DNA of 64,000 nucleotides, from the NCBI RefSeq assembly GCF_009914755.1, contig NC_060927.1. One strand, given 5' to 3'. A program made the position numbers and the translations under genes. This document shows, piece after piece, positions 1 to 12,800 of the stretch (position 1 is its first letter; the number at the start of each line of letters is the position of its first letter). The stretch is from the human T2T-CHM13v2.0 reference genome, Homo sapiens. The notes under the pieces were generated by a model that was given only the letters and a program-made list of their open reading frames with translations, was not told the origin of the DNA and did no database searches.

Positions 1-122
1 TTTTAGTAGAGACAGGGTTTCACCGTGTTAGACAGGATGGTCTCTATCTCCTGACCTTGTGATCCGCCTGCCTCGGCCTCCCAAAGTGCTGGGATTACAG
101 ACGTGAGCCACCACGCCTGGCC
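1..122 (-). mobile_element. Alu left arm (AluY-like), cut off by the window edge
   Basis: Reverse-complement Alu consensus ending ...gtgagccaccacgcctggcc. Confidence 0.9.
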
Positions 123-589
123 AGAAACATCTTTAAGTCCATAAATATGGACTGATTAAATAGATGTTGATTATAACCACAACATGGCTTTTCATCCACC
201 TTTTTAAATAATTGGTTCATTTATGTGCTGATAGGGAATGTTTTCCACAATTTCTTTACAAGTCACTCCACAGCTACTTCAGTGGGGGAGCAGGGAGTGT
301 ATATATGGAAACTCTCTGTACCTTCTTCCCAATTTTGCAGAGAACCTAAAACTGCTCTAAAAAAATTGAGTATTTAAAATCAAATTTTAGAATAATAGAC
401 ATATTATGGCCCCATTCATATTTTAAAACCGTGTATGATATTATGTGTATATATATATATATATATGTCCATTCTTTAGGGTTACCTATTTGTCTAAAAG
501 TGGCATCATTTGAATTGTAATAACAAACATTATATTTCTTTTGTAATCTAAAAAAACACCTTAAAAATCTAATAAAGAATGTATTATAA

Positions 590-879
590 GGCTGGGCACA
601 GTGGCTAACCCCTGTAATCCCAGCAGTTTGGGAGGCCAAGGTGGGCAGATCACTTGAGGTCAGGAGTTCAAGACCAACATGGCAAAACCTCGTCTCTACT
701 AAAAATACAAAAATTAGCTAGATGTGGTGGTGCACGCCTATAATCCCAGCTACTTGGGAGGCTAAGGCAAAAGAATTACTTCAACCCAGGAGGCAGAGGT
801 TGTAGTAAGCCAAGATGGTGCCATTACACTCCAGCCTGGGCAACAGAGAGAGACTTTGTCTAAAAACACAACAAAAAAA
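590..879 (+). mobile_element. Full-length AluS with target-site duplication
   Basis: Dimeric Alu; TSD aagaatgtattataag on both sides (~575-590 and ~878-893). Confidence 0.93.
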
Positions 880-914
880 GAATGTATTATAAGTATGTGA
901 TTAAAATAATAAAA

Positions 915-3232
915 ATGAAGTCTATTTTATAATTCTTCTTTTATAGATTGTGCCTTTTGTGTCTTATTTTTAAAATCTTTGCTTAACCCAATGTCACTAA
1001 GATTTTTTTCCTATGTTTTCTCCCAGACTTTGAGAGTTTTCGCGCTTATGTTTAGATCTATAATCTCTTTTGGTTAATTTTTTAGAATGTTGCAAGATAA
1101 AGGTTAGATTTTTTTTTTACCATAATGATATTTACTTGTTTGAGCACCATATGTCTAAATAGCAATATTTTCCCCCATTGAAGTACCTTGGTATTTTTGT
1201 AAAAAATCAATTGGCCATATAAGTGTGAGTATTTTTGGTTTCTTCTTCATTGATCAGGAGTTTGAGACCAGCCTGATTTATGGTTTATCCTTACACCAAT
1301 ACCACAACATCTCGATTACTATAGCTTTCTAGAAAGGTTTGAAAGCAGATTGTGTTATCTTTCTGAACTTCATCTTTTTCCAAGATTATTTTGGCTCTTC
1401 TAGGTCCTTTGCCATTCTATATAAATTTTTTAATTAAGCTGTCCATTTCTCTTCTTAATAAAGATGTGGGATTTTGATTTGGATTGCAATGAATGTATAG
1501 ATCAATTTGAGGATAATTATCATCTTAACAATATGGGGGCTTCCAGTTCATGCATGTGGGTATATCTCTCCATTTAGTTAGATCTCCAATTTCCCTTTGT
1601 GAGGTTTCATAGTTTTGAGTGTACAGATCTTGCACATCTTTTGCTCAATTTATTCCTAAGTGTTTTATCTTTAGTGATATTGTAAACTGAGTTATTCTTT
1701 AAATTCCACTTTCCAATTGCTCATTGATAGTATATAGAAATATGATGGATTTCTATATGTTGGTTTTTATCCTAAAAACTTGCTATATTCACTTATTACT
1801 TCTAGCTTTCCCTAGCCCCCATTCCTTAAGAGTTTTCTGTGCATGCAATCATGCTGTCTAAAAATAAAGACAATTTTACATCTTTCTTTTCTATACTTAT
1901 GCCATTTATTTCTTTTTCTTGCCTTATTACATTGGCTAGGACCTTCAGTATAAATGTTGCCTAGAAGCTGTGAGAGATGTCTGCACCTTGTTCCTAATCT
2001 TAGTATTGAGCCTTTCATCATTGAGGATCATGTTAACTGTAGGTTCTTCATGGATGTCCTTCATTAAACTGAGGACACTCCCTTCTGTTCCTCTTTTGCT
2101 GAGAATTCTTATTGGGAATCAGTGTTAAATCTGATTGAATGCTTTATCTGCATCTTTCAAAATAATCATATGGTTTCCACCTCTTATTGTATTAATGTAA
2201 TGAATTTCTTTGATTTTTGGATATTGAATCAACTTTGCCTCCCTAGAATAAGCCCTACCTGGTAATGATGTTATCTTTTTCATATATTGCTGTATTCAAT
2301 TTGTTAATGTTTTGTTGAAGACATTTTCATTTATGTTCATGAGGGATTTGGGTTCCTAGTTTTCTTTTCTTGTGATGCTCTTGTCTGTTTTTGCTATCAG
2401 GATAATACTTACCTCATAAAGTTGGTTGAGAGGTATTTCTTCCTCTTATATTTCCTGAAATAGTTCATGTAGGATGGTGATGATGATGATGATGATGATG
2501 ACTATGAGACAGGGTTCATCTCTGTCACCCAGGCTGGAGTACAGTGGCACTAACATGGCTCACTGCAGCCCGGGTGCAAGCGATTCCCCTGCCCCAGCCT
2601 CCCAAGTAGCTGGGACTGCAGGTGCACACCACCAAGCCTGGCTAATTTTTTATTTTTTTTAGAGATGGGATTTCAACATGTTGCCCAGGCTGGTCTCAAG
2701 CTCCTAGGCTCAAGCGATCCCCCCCCACTTCAGCCTCCCAAAGTGCTGGGATTATAGGCCTGAGCCACCGCACCTGGCCAGGATTTATATTATTTTTTCC
2801 TTAATGTTTTCTTGTGGAAAGGTTTTAAATGACAAAATCAATTTCTTTAATTGATAGAGAACTATTCAAAAGTTCTATTTCTTCTGGACCAGTTTTGGCA
2901 ATTCATGTCTTTCAAGGCAATTGTCCATTTTATCTAGGTAGCCAAATTTATTGGCACAAATTTGTTCACATTTTCTTATAATCCTTTAAATGCCTGTAGG
3001 ATCTCTAATGATGTCTCTTCTTTCATTCTTGATATTGGTAATTTGTATCTTTTTTCTTGAGCAATCAAGTTGTAGGCTTATCAATTTTATTGTTCATTTA
3101 GAAGAACCAGATTTTGGATTCACTGATTTTATCTATGATTTCTCTATTGTCTATTTCATAGATTTCTGTTCATTTTACTTCTTTTTTCAACTTATTTTGT
3201 TCTCTTTTTCTGATTTCTTAATGTTGGAACTC
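915..3232 (-). mobile_element. Old L1 (L1M) ORF2 fragment, antisense, interrupted by an AluJ
   Basis: T-rich antisense L1 sequence; ORF 1812-2021 begins with a degenerate RT motif LRLGTR (L1 LRSGTRQGCPLS). Confidence 0.85.
2473..2779 (-). mobile_element. AluJ with (GAT)n microsatellite tail
   Basis: (gat)n at ~2473-2500, then antisense Alu with J-type diagnostics (gctcactgcagcc, ggctcaagcgatcc). Confidence 0.88.
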
Positions 3233-3236
3233 AGAT

Positions 3237-4060
3237 CAAGCCTCAAACTTGGAAAAAATACTTGAAAAAAATAGATATCTGGTAAGGGCTTGTATCCAGA
3301 ATTTAGTTTTTCTAAAAACAAATCTCCTACAGTTCAATAATAGGACATGCTATCTGATTTTTTCTTTAGTGGACAGATGATTTGAACAGCCACTTCATAA
3401 AAGAAGATGTATGAATGCCCAGTAAGAACATGACAAGATACTCAACATCACTTGTCTTTAAGGAACTGCAAATTAAAGGCACTATATACTCACAAAAAAT
3501 GGCTAAAGTTAAAAAGACTGACAATAACAAGCGTTGAAGACCATGTGGAGCAACTGTAACTTTCATACACTGTGGGAATGCAAACTGGTATAGCTACTTT
3601 GGAAAACAGTATGGCAGTGTTTTATAATATTAACCATAATTTATCATGTTACTCAGCAAATCCACTCCTAGCCATAGATACATAAGGGAAATGAAAACAT
3701 GTCCATGCAAAGACTTCTATGCAAGTGTTTATGGCAGCATTATTCATAATAACCCCAAACAGGAAGTAGCCCATATGGCCCCCAGCTGGGGGAATGGGTA
3801 AGCAAATTTGTGGTATATCCATAGTATGAATTATTACTCAGCAATAAAAAGGAATAAAATATTAAATCACACAATGACAAGAATCAATTTCAAAAACATG
3901 CTAAAGAAAAGAAGTCAAACACAAAAGATCATATATTGTATGGTTCTTTTTAATGAAATTCTAGAAAATGCAAAATAAAGCACTCAATCATCAAAATTCA
4001 TCCAACACTACAATTTTATTGTATGTAATTTATATCTCAATAAAGTTATTTTAAAAAATA
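3237..4060 (+). mobile_element. Old L1 3' part (ORF2 C-terminus and 3' UTR), sense
   Basis: Typical L1M 3' sequence (gatttgaacagccacttcataaaagaagat; ctttggaaaacagtatggcagt), ending at aataaag and an A-rich tail. Confidence 0.8.
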
Positions 4061-4257
4061 AGTATTTTTAAAACCCAATAAAGGAGTTTTTCTTTTTCTT
4101 TTTAAAATATTTTAATTTTTTAATTTTTTTAGTTCACCTTACAGTGCAGTATGCTTTCCCAGTTTTTGCTGGGAGAAAAGTTGGTTGATTGGAGAATCTC
4201 AGTGCATGCTCTTGTCCTCCCACTGCTGCAAGCTCAAACTGAGCTATTAGCAGTAAT

Positions 4258-4726
4258 TGCAGCAGGCAGAATAATGGCTGCCTCACAGATGCTCCTGTCA
4301 TATCACCAGAACCTGTGACTATGTCACCTCACATGCCAAAGGGACTTTGCAGATGCGATCAAATTAAGGATCTTGATATGGGGAGATGATCATGAGTTAT
4401 CCAGATGGGCACCATGCAATCACAAGGGTTCCCATAAGAGGGAGGCAGAAGTGGGGTCAGAGGAGACAGCCACATGAGGCTGGAAGCAGAGACTGGAGAA
4501 AAGATAGAGGAAGGGGGCATGAGCCAGGCAGGCAGGCAGCTACTAGAAGCTGAAAAAGGAAAGGAGTCAATCTTCCTCTCAGAGCCTGCAGAAGGAACCA
4601 GCCCCGCCCCCCACCCCAACACCTTGACTTTAGGACTTCTGGCCTCCAGAACTGCAGGATAATAAATTTGCATTGTTTTAAGCCACCATGGTAATTTGTT
4701 AAAGTTAAGAACAGGAAACTAACACA
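4258..4726 (+). mobile_element. MaLR solo LTR (MLT1D-like)
   Basis: Starts tgcagcaggcagaataatgg; internal gggactttgcagatg; ends aataaatttgcattgttttaagccac...aggaaactaacaca. Confidence 0.8.
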
Positions 4727-5669
4727 GCAATAAAAGGGAATGAACTACTGATACATGCAACAACATGGATGCACCTCAGTTGCACTGCGTGAAGGAAGCC
4801 AGGATCGAAGGTCACATACTGTGTGGTTCTGTTTATATGACATTCTAGCAAAACTACAGAGACAGGGACAAGATTATCTAGGCCCATCCCAGATCAGTAG
4901 AACCACTCAGGTGTTCCTATGGACTCATTGCAATAACAGATGGTTGTCACTTTAGGCCACCAAGCCTTGGAGTGGTTTCTTACGCAGCAGTGCTAACTGA
5001 TAGAGCAGGGAGAAAGTCCTGCAACGGTGCCAGGGGCTCGGTGTTGAGACCAACTTTGGAGAGAAGGTTGCAGGAGCAGAGGCAGTGAGAGTGACTGAGG
5101 CTCAGGAGTAGGTTAGGGTGGGAGCCAGTCTGGTCCTTCTTCCCTTAGCAAAGGTTGCTAGAGGCCACTATCTCTGTTGCCAGAGTCTCTGTCCTGGAGT
5201 ACTTGCCCAGTTGCCTCCACCCACCTGGGCCACACTCCATCCCTGATGCCCCCCAGGGTTCCGTGGCCAGTCCTGCCTCCTGAGAGCCTGCCTTCCCCCA
5301 CGGTAGATTTCCTTCTCCATCTCAGCCTCTCCTCATGCCTGGAGCACCTGCTGAGCCCAAGGGGGGCCAGGCTGGGCCAGGCTTCTGTGCCCGCTCCTTG
5401 GCAGCACACAGCCCTATGCAGTGCAGTGCCAAAACCATATGTCTCTGGGGGCTGCCTCAACTGGAGGAGCTGCCTCCACACATCCACCCTTAGGAGGGTA
5501 GCCTCCCAGGGAACATGATCAGCAGCTTCCTGATGGGCCGGGGGTTTGCAGGGCAGAGAGGCAGCCAGCTCTGGGGAAGCCCTGGGGCTGAGCCAGGCAG
5601 TTGAGGGAGGGGGCAGTGGGCTATTGGACTAGAATTTTAAAACTGATATTCATTGACTTCTTACTATTC

Positions 5670-5835
5670 TGAGTGTCTTATGTCTATGATCTCATGTAAT
5701 CCCCACAAAATGAGTCAGGTACCATTTTATGCAGATTTTACATATGAGGAAACTGAGGCACAGAGAGGTTGAATAACTTGCCCAATAATATCACACAACT
5801 ATCATGAGCAGAGCCAGAACACGAATCCAGCTGCA
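5670..5835 (-). mobile_element. MIR
   Basis: MIR core tgaggaaactgaggcacagagaggtt. Confidence 0.75.
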
Positions 5836-6109
5836 GAACAGGTGCTCCCAGCCATGACATCCACCTGCCTGAAGCCCCCACATTTTAGGTCTGATGTGCT
5901 TCCGGCTCCAGCACATCCATCACACCCCATATGACAAGACAGCGGAAGGCAGCCAGGGACAAGGTTAACTTCCTGACCAGCAAGTGGCTGAGACAGGCAG
6001 TGTGGAAGAGGGCTGAGGATCCTTAGGTTCAAGTCCTGATACTGCCATTTACTCACTGCAAGACCTTAGCCAGATGGTCTCACTGCCTTGTGCCTCAGTT
6101 TCCCCAGCA

Positions 6110-6462
6110 GTGATGGTGGTTTTATGTGTCCATTGGGCTAGGCTACAGTCTCAGTTCTTCAATCAAATACAAGTCTGAGTGTTGCCATAAAGGTATTTCA
6201 CAGGTGGGATTAAAGTAGTTCATAATCTGTTGACTTTTAAGTAAAGCAGATTAGCCTAATCACTGGGGTGGGCTGGACTCCATCATTTGAAAAGCCTTAA
6301 GGGCAGAGCTGAGGCTTTCCAGAAGTTCCATCTGTGGACAGCAACTTCGTGCCATCCCTCCCTACTCCCACCCCCATCTCATAAGCCAATTCCTTGCGAT
6401 AAACATCTTGCTGTAGATTTCCCCCTGGTTCTGCTTCTCTGGTTGAACCCTGGCCGAGAGAC
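6110..6462 (+). mobile_element. ERVL solo LTR (MLT2D-like) inserted into a MIR (MIR pieces ~6010-6109 and ~6490-6580)
   Basis: tgatggtggttttatgtgtc...gttgacttttaagtaaagcagatt...ctggttctgcttctctggttgaaccct; MIR core cctcagtttcccc ends immediately before it. Confidence 0.75.
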
Positions 6463-7114
6463 TGTCTGAAAGTGGTGGACACTACAGCCTGCGCCACAGG
6501 ATGGTAGTGAAGGTGAAATGCGCTCATATACATAAGGTGTTTAAAATCACGCCTGGTACAAAGTGAGCTCCAAATAACCTTTACAGCACAAAATGGCTAC
6601 AAAACACATTTTATAATGACCTTGGTGGCCAGGCCCTGCTCTGTGCCACCAGTTCCACAGCAGGCTGGCTCCAGCAGGGTGCAGAACACAGCTCCCTCAG
6701 GCAGCCCCATCCTGGAGCGACCCCGGGAGTACAAATAAAGTGTGGTGAGGGGCTTCCAGGTGCAAGAAGCTTCCTGTGCCCCATTTCTCAGAGCACAGGG
6801 TCTGTCCAGGGCCCCAGGCTGCCCCTTACCCCCAGCCGAGACAACCAGGGAACAGGGCTCTCACGATCCTCCCACCTGTCCCTGCTTCCTGCTTCTCCTC
6901 CCTGCGCTGCAGGGGCCACTCATGGAGCACCCAGTGTGCATCGTATCTTAGCTTGGATGTCACCTCTTCAGAGAGACCTGCCCAACCACCCTTCCTAGAA
7001 TCACAGCCCCCAGGGCACAGCATGGTACAAACTCACTTTTAACTTATTACTGTGAAAAATTTCAAACCTACACAAAAGTAGAGAGAATGAGATACTCCCT
7101 ACCATGCCCTCTGA

Positions 7115-7262
7115 GACAGTAGACAGAAGAATGCCCCCTCAAAGGTGTCCACATCCTAATCCTAGAACCTGGGAATATGTCACTTTACATGGCAAAAGGG
7201 ACTTAGCAGGTGTGACTAAGGTTAAGAATCTTGAGATGGGAGGTGATCCTGGATTATCCAGT
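7115..7262 (+). mobile_element. MLT1D-like LTR 5' fragment
   Basis: Homologous to the start of the LTR at 4258 (acatggcaaaagggact...aatcttgagatggg). Confidence 0.7.
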
Positions 7263-7535
7263 AGTAAAATGTGCATTGTGGGGAGTCTGTCTTTATGAGA
7301 TTGCTCTTTTTATTTTTCTGTATTTTAAAACTTTTGCAAACTGAAACGGTGGTGGGGGTGGGGAGGAGATGTTTGTGCCAGACCCAGTGCTGCATACTGG
7401 GAGGATGGGGCTGGATAAGGTGGAGATTAGGACCTGCAAGGGCTCATAGTTTTGGTGAATGGCATGTTGGACACCTTGACCCTCTCAGCTGCCGCAATTT
7501 CATGAATTTCCTGGTGCCACAGAGAAATCAATTAT

Positions 7536-8020
7536 TTTGAAGTCAGACAAATCTGGGTTCAGATTCTGAGACTGTCATTTACTGGCCATGTGATTTTTCC
7601 ATAAGACAAATAATTGCTCTGAACTTCAGTGTCCACCTCTGTAAAATGGGATAATACTACTAATTTACAGAAAATCTGTGTATAATACAAACTATAATAG
7701 CAAGTCCCTGGCACTGAGAAAGTCCTGGATAAGGAATAGCTACTGTTGTGAATAGAGCTTTTAAGTCCATTGCCCCTTCTCCAGCTCCTATCCCCAGAGG
7801 ATCTTCCTGCAGATGTGGGGAGCTGGGTGGTGTGGAGACAAACAGTCGGACATCAGCATCAGAGAGACCTGGGTTCAAATCCCATCTTCACCCCTTAGTA
7901 ACCATGTGACTTTGGGTGAGTCACTCAAACAATATCTGCTCCCTGCTGAGTAGCGGAGATCGAAGTGAAAATGTGTGTGTTTTGCGGTGCCCGACACATG
8001 GTAGGCCTCATAAATGATGG
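7536..8020 (+). mobile_element. Two MIR fragments
   Basis: ctgggttcagattc...ctctgtaaaatgggataata; acctgggttcaaatccc. Confidence 0.65.
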
Positions 8021-8089
8021 TCATTGTGACACTGAGGACTGGCTCCTGCTTCCCAGCCCACTGGGAAGAAGCTCAGTCTAGCCTAGATT

Positions 8090-9860
8090 AATCCTCCTCA
8101 TGATTCCATGCTGGGGCAGAGGCTGCTCACTCTTCCTCAATATCCATTTCCTTCTTCTTTCCTTAGTAGCAGGACAAAGCCTACATGCCCAGCCTCCTTT
8201 GCACTTCAGAGTGGACACAAGATTCGTTGAACCGAGGGGAAATAAGCAAAAGTTACACCTGAACCTCCAGGTCATACCTTTAAGGGATAGTGGTGTGTCT
8301 CCATCCCTTCTCCCCTTCCTACTGGCTGGAATGAAGATGTGATGGCAGAAGCTGGTGTAGCCACCTTGGGTTAGAAGGTAAAAGGCTCAGATGAAAGGGG
8401 CAGAGGCACAAGATAGAAAGAACCTGGGTCCATGTTCATTGTGGACACACAAATCAGTCTAGGACCACCAAGTTGGGCTTTTCCTTGAGAGAGACATAGA
8501 CATTGCTTTTGTTTAAGCCACTGTCATTTCTGGATCTTTGTCATAGCCACTGAACTTGAGTACTATATTGAGTAGGCATGGACATGTGCCACAGTTGTGG
8601 CCACTGGACATGGGAGGTGGTCTTCTGGGGAGCTTTGGGGGAATTTTTTCCTCTTCCTAAAGGTGCACAGGAAGGGACCCTGCCTTCACCTGGCTTTTGG
8701 ACATGGCTGTGATATGAATCCTGGAGTCGATGCAGCCACCTTCTGACCTTGAAGAGCCAATCCTAGGGAGGAAAATGAACCTGCCAAGGCTGGCAGAGGG
8801 GAAGATGGACAGTCAAGGGGTTCTTGATGATGTCCCCCGTCCACTGTTTAAACCAGCCCAAGAATGCATGCCTCCAGACTCCCTGTGACATGAGAGAACC
8901 ACTCTTTGATGCATAAGCCAGAAGTCGCCAGGCTTTCTGTTACTTGCGGCAGAAATAACAGGATATTTTGGGAGCCTCCTCAGGGGCTCATGCGTCCTCA
9001 ACAAAACTGCCCCGGGCTGAATGCTGAAGGGAGCTTCAGGACTTGGATTCTTCCTGCCTTGGTGCAAGGGGCTGGGACTCTTCTGGGACCGCCAATCCTC
9101 ATCATGTCTCTCAGCAACCAGGCATGCCGAGAGCTGGGAAAGCTCTACTGCTCCCAACATCAGGATTCATCAGGCATCCGTTAGGCTGTATGTGGACTCA
9201 ATTCTCTGAGCCTCTGTTTCCTTATCTGCAGAATAAGTTCATATATATAACAGTCTCTCTTACAAGATCTTTGTGTGAATCAAATCAGATAATGGATTAT
9301 TTTCTAAGCTTGTTGTATGTCAGTTTACCCTACTAGAAGAGTGATTTCTTGAGGGCAAATGAATGGCCATGATATCTATATAATCCACAGACCTGTGACA
9401 TGGCCTTACACCAGCCAGATACTCAGGAAATGTTTACAGGGGAATGTTAGGCATGACCTATCAGGGCACTGCATTTCTCTCAAGGCACAGCGATTGGTTC
9501 AGAGATGGCCAAACCCAAGTCACTCAAGCCAATTAAAGTGAGTCCCAGGACTTTTGCTTGGACAGCTGGAAAAGATATTAATTTTCCCACTTACCTCTTT
9601 AACAGTGGGGAGTATGAAGCCAGAACTGCTGCAGTTAGTTTGCCACACCAGAGGAGAGGCTTCCTGAGAATGGAGTCATGCAGAGCAAGCAGACCCCAGA
9701 GACAGATAGAAAGCAAACAAGGTTTTCACAGCATCATTTAAGCCCCCGGATCAAACCATACCTAAAGACCACCCTTAGATTTTTTTTCTGTTACATGCAG
9801 CAACACCTCCTTTCTCCCCAACCTTTTTTTTTATTTTAAAGAGAGTTTGGATCCCTACTG
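8090..9860 (+). mobile_element. Cluster of old MaLR LTR fragments (MLT1J/K/L-like) and a MIR piece
   Basis: MLT1 end motifs tttaagcca...tttctgttacttgc; ctcaaggcacagcgattggttcagagatgg. Confidence 0.55.
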
Positions 9861-12800
9861 CTGCAATGAATAACAGAAGGGCATTTGGTAAATGATTCAA
9901 CCCTAGACATGTGTTTGAAATCACTCCTGCCGGATAGGTGAGCAAAACTGCTGACGGCTAGTCCCGGTTTTGCTCCGCCTAGACATGGTGTGGTAAAGGC
10001 AAACCTTTGCTATGGGAGTTATAAGGCAATCAGAAGGTTTCCTCTTTCCAAAAATGTCCTAGACATCTTCCAAAGTAGAGTAATTCACAAGTGTTTATAC
10101 CAAAGGCAAACTCTCCATCCAATGTTCTATCTCCTGAGTGGGGATGTCCTCGCCAGAAAGCCTCAGTTAGACGCTGGTCTTTCACACTTGTCTGTAATGG
10201 CCAACCACTCTCTCCTTCAGCCCGACAGTGCCTTTCTTGGTTTAAGCCAGTGCAAACAATGCTCCAACACGGGCAGCCGGATGGGAGAGGCTGGACGGGA
10301 AGAAGCTGGAAGAGACTGGCTTCAATGGGGAGCAGAGCATCTGCCGGTTGGAATCCTACGTGTTTGCTTTTGTTTAGTTGGGCCCCTCTGTGCCCCTGTG
10401 GTCCGAGTACTTGCTAGGTGGGCTCCCTCCGGAGCAGGCTCCAAGAGGTCTATTGAAGAGCCCTCAAAATCAGCATCTGGTTGCAGGAACAAGGAGGCAG
10501 GATTGAGCAGAGGGAGAAGTTGGGCTGTGGCCACCACAGAGGCTCAGCCAATCTCATGAGGCTGAGCAGGGAACCTGTGAGACTCACCACAGTGCTCACT
10601 ACACTCCCAACTCCCACAGCAACTTTTGCAGGAATGGGAATGTCCCCAGTCCTCTCTCCGCCCTTGGCTCCTTTTCCCCAGAGATTCCTCACTTCTGGTT
10701 GGGAACACCACAAAGCCATGTGGATCACCCTCATCCCTGGAACGATGGGGCCCAAATGCCTATGGACAAATGTGTGGACAAATGCCCCCCGGGCTCTGAT
10801 GCTCTCTGGAGACAGCCAAGCCCTAAGCACTGGCCATTCACAGCTCTCTGTGGTGAGAGACGCACAGGCTGGTGCAGTTTCCTGTCTCTTCCTGCATGAG
10901 GGTGAACTCTCCCTCTCTCCTCTCAGGTGGCTATGGGTCCACCTGTCCTCCGGACTAGCTCTGGAGCCCCCCCTCCCATGCCTCCTGGAACAATGCTGAG
11001 CTTCCCCCGTGTGTCTGCAGGTCCTTTCCAGGCTTGTGGCCTGTGTGGGATCCAGCCTGTGGACTGAGGGTGGCTGTCTCCCTCCAGTGGGACTTCGGGG
11101 CCTATCTCCACCTGATCCCCAAGAGGATGGTGTCCTCTCAGAGGACAGTGGGGCCCCAGGAGCCTCCTGCGCTGCCCAGCTGGGGGTGCATGCAGGGCCT
11201 GGGGAGAGGCGGTGTCCTGTGGAAGGCTCCTGGGAGGCGCTGTCAGAGTCTCACTCTCAGACTTCCTCCCGCCGCTGTGGGAGGCCTGGCTGTGCCCGCG
11301 ACGTGTGTGGCACAGCGGGCTGGGTTGCAAAATATATCTGGCATGGCAGTTGGTGAAGGAGTTATGCAACCACCACCAACTTACGGAAACCACCGAGCGA
11401 TGTGCCTTGCTAGCAGAGGTGCCTGGCTTGGCCACGCTGGCCACAGACTCTGGTTCCGTGTTGGCAGTGTGAAAAGTGGCCCAGGCTGTGGAGTGTCGAG
11501 AACCATGACAGGTCTTCCCTGAAGTCACCCTGGGAGCACATGACCCACGAGACCCCGGCAGAGCTGGCATCTTCTCCTCCAAGGATCTCCTTCCCATTCT
11601 ACAGAATCCAGAAGACAGCCTCATCTGGTTATCAGCAGCCGATCCTCCCTAGGAGGCCCACCTCAGAGGGGACAGGCCCAGCCCGGGGCAAGGGTCTCGA
11701 GGAGATAACTGCAAAAGGGAGGTGGCTGGAGGCCCACCCTTTGAGGAGCTGAGGTGGCTCAGCCTGGAGAAGGGCAGTGCTGGGCACCCTCTCACCATCC
11801 CTCTAAGGAAGCAAGCGGCCTACAGGGCACAGATGGCAACACTGGGGCTTGTGGGGAACTCCCACAGAGGAAGATTCCAGCTCCATATCCACAAGAACTT
11901 CCTCCTGCCCAGAGCTTCCACAGATGAGATGGAATGCTGAGAAGGATGTCCTAAAGGGAACCCCCAGCATGTCTGTGCCCCTGGCCTGAAAGTGCTCTTC
12001 ACCCATCAGGCTGCTCAGCAGAGTGAGGAGAGGAATTCTGAGACCAAGCAGGGAACCCGGTGAGGAGGAGGCCCCTCCCCTCCCCACTGAGTCCCTCCAG
12101 CTCCCCTGAGCCTCCACGTCACCTGCCCCAGGGAGAAGTGGGCTGAGCACGGGCTTTGAAGCCAAACCCACCTGGAGCTGATCCCAGCTCGGCCACCTAC
12201 CCTCTGTGTGGCCCTGCACAAGTCCCTTCCCTTCTCTGAGCCTCTGAGGATTACATGCCATAACGGACAGGAAGTCCATGCTCAGGAGAAGGAAAGTTCA
12301 TGTTATTTCAAGCTCACACCTGGCTGCCTTCAGCCCTCAGGCTGAAACCTTGCACATTAGACTCACCACCTCCTGGGCTGATAAAATGGACATCAGGTTG
12401 GAATGCATCCTTCTAGATGTTTTCATATGCCCTATGTACATATGTATGCATAGCCAGAGGAGGGTTATGATGCTTTGCACAGTACTCGGTACCTTGCTTT
12501 TTGCACTCAAAGATTTGTCTTAGAGACCTATTCATGCTAATAAATAGAGCCACTCATTCTCCTTAACTACTACATTATTTAGTGAATGGCTACATCATGG
12601 TTTACTTAGCTCTTCCTCTATGATTGGACACTGACGTTATTCCTATTGTTTCGCTCTTACAAACAATGGCTATCTTCACTGATGCCTTCTGGTGTGTATA
12701 CACAAAGGCTACTTTGAGAATACCCAAAGAAGGGGAATCTCTATGTCAGACAGGATGCACATTTGTTAGTTTAATAGATACAGGCCAGTGAAAATTCATT

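Noticed and set aside
2474-2662. Poly-Met ORF and other ORFs with LSPRLECSG or FFFETES motifs
   Set aside because: Translations of Alu sequence and microsatellite tails
9990-11624. Longest ORFs in the window (189, 172, 233 and 162 aa)
   Set aside because: Overlapping in several frames, most with non-ATG starts, no recognisable homology
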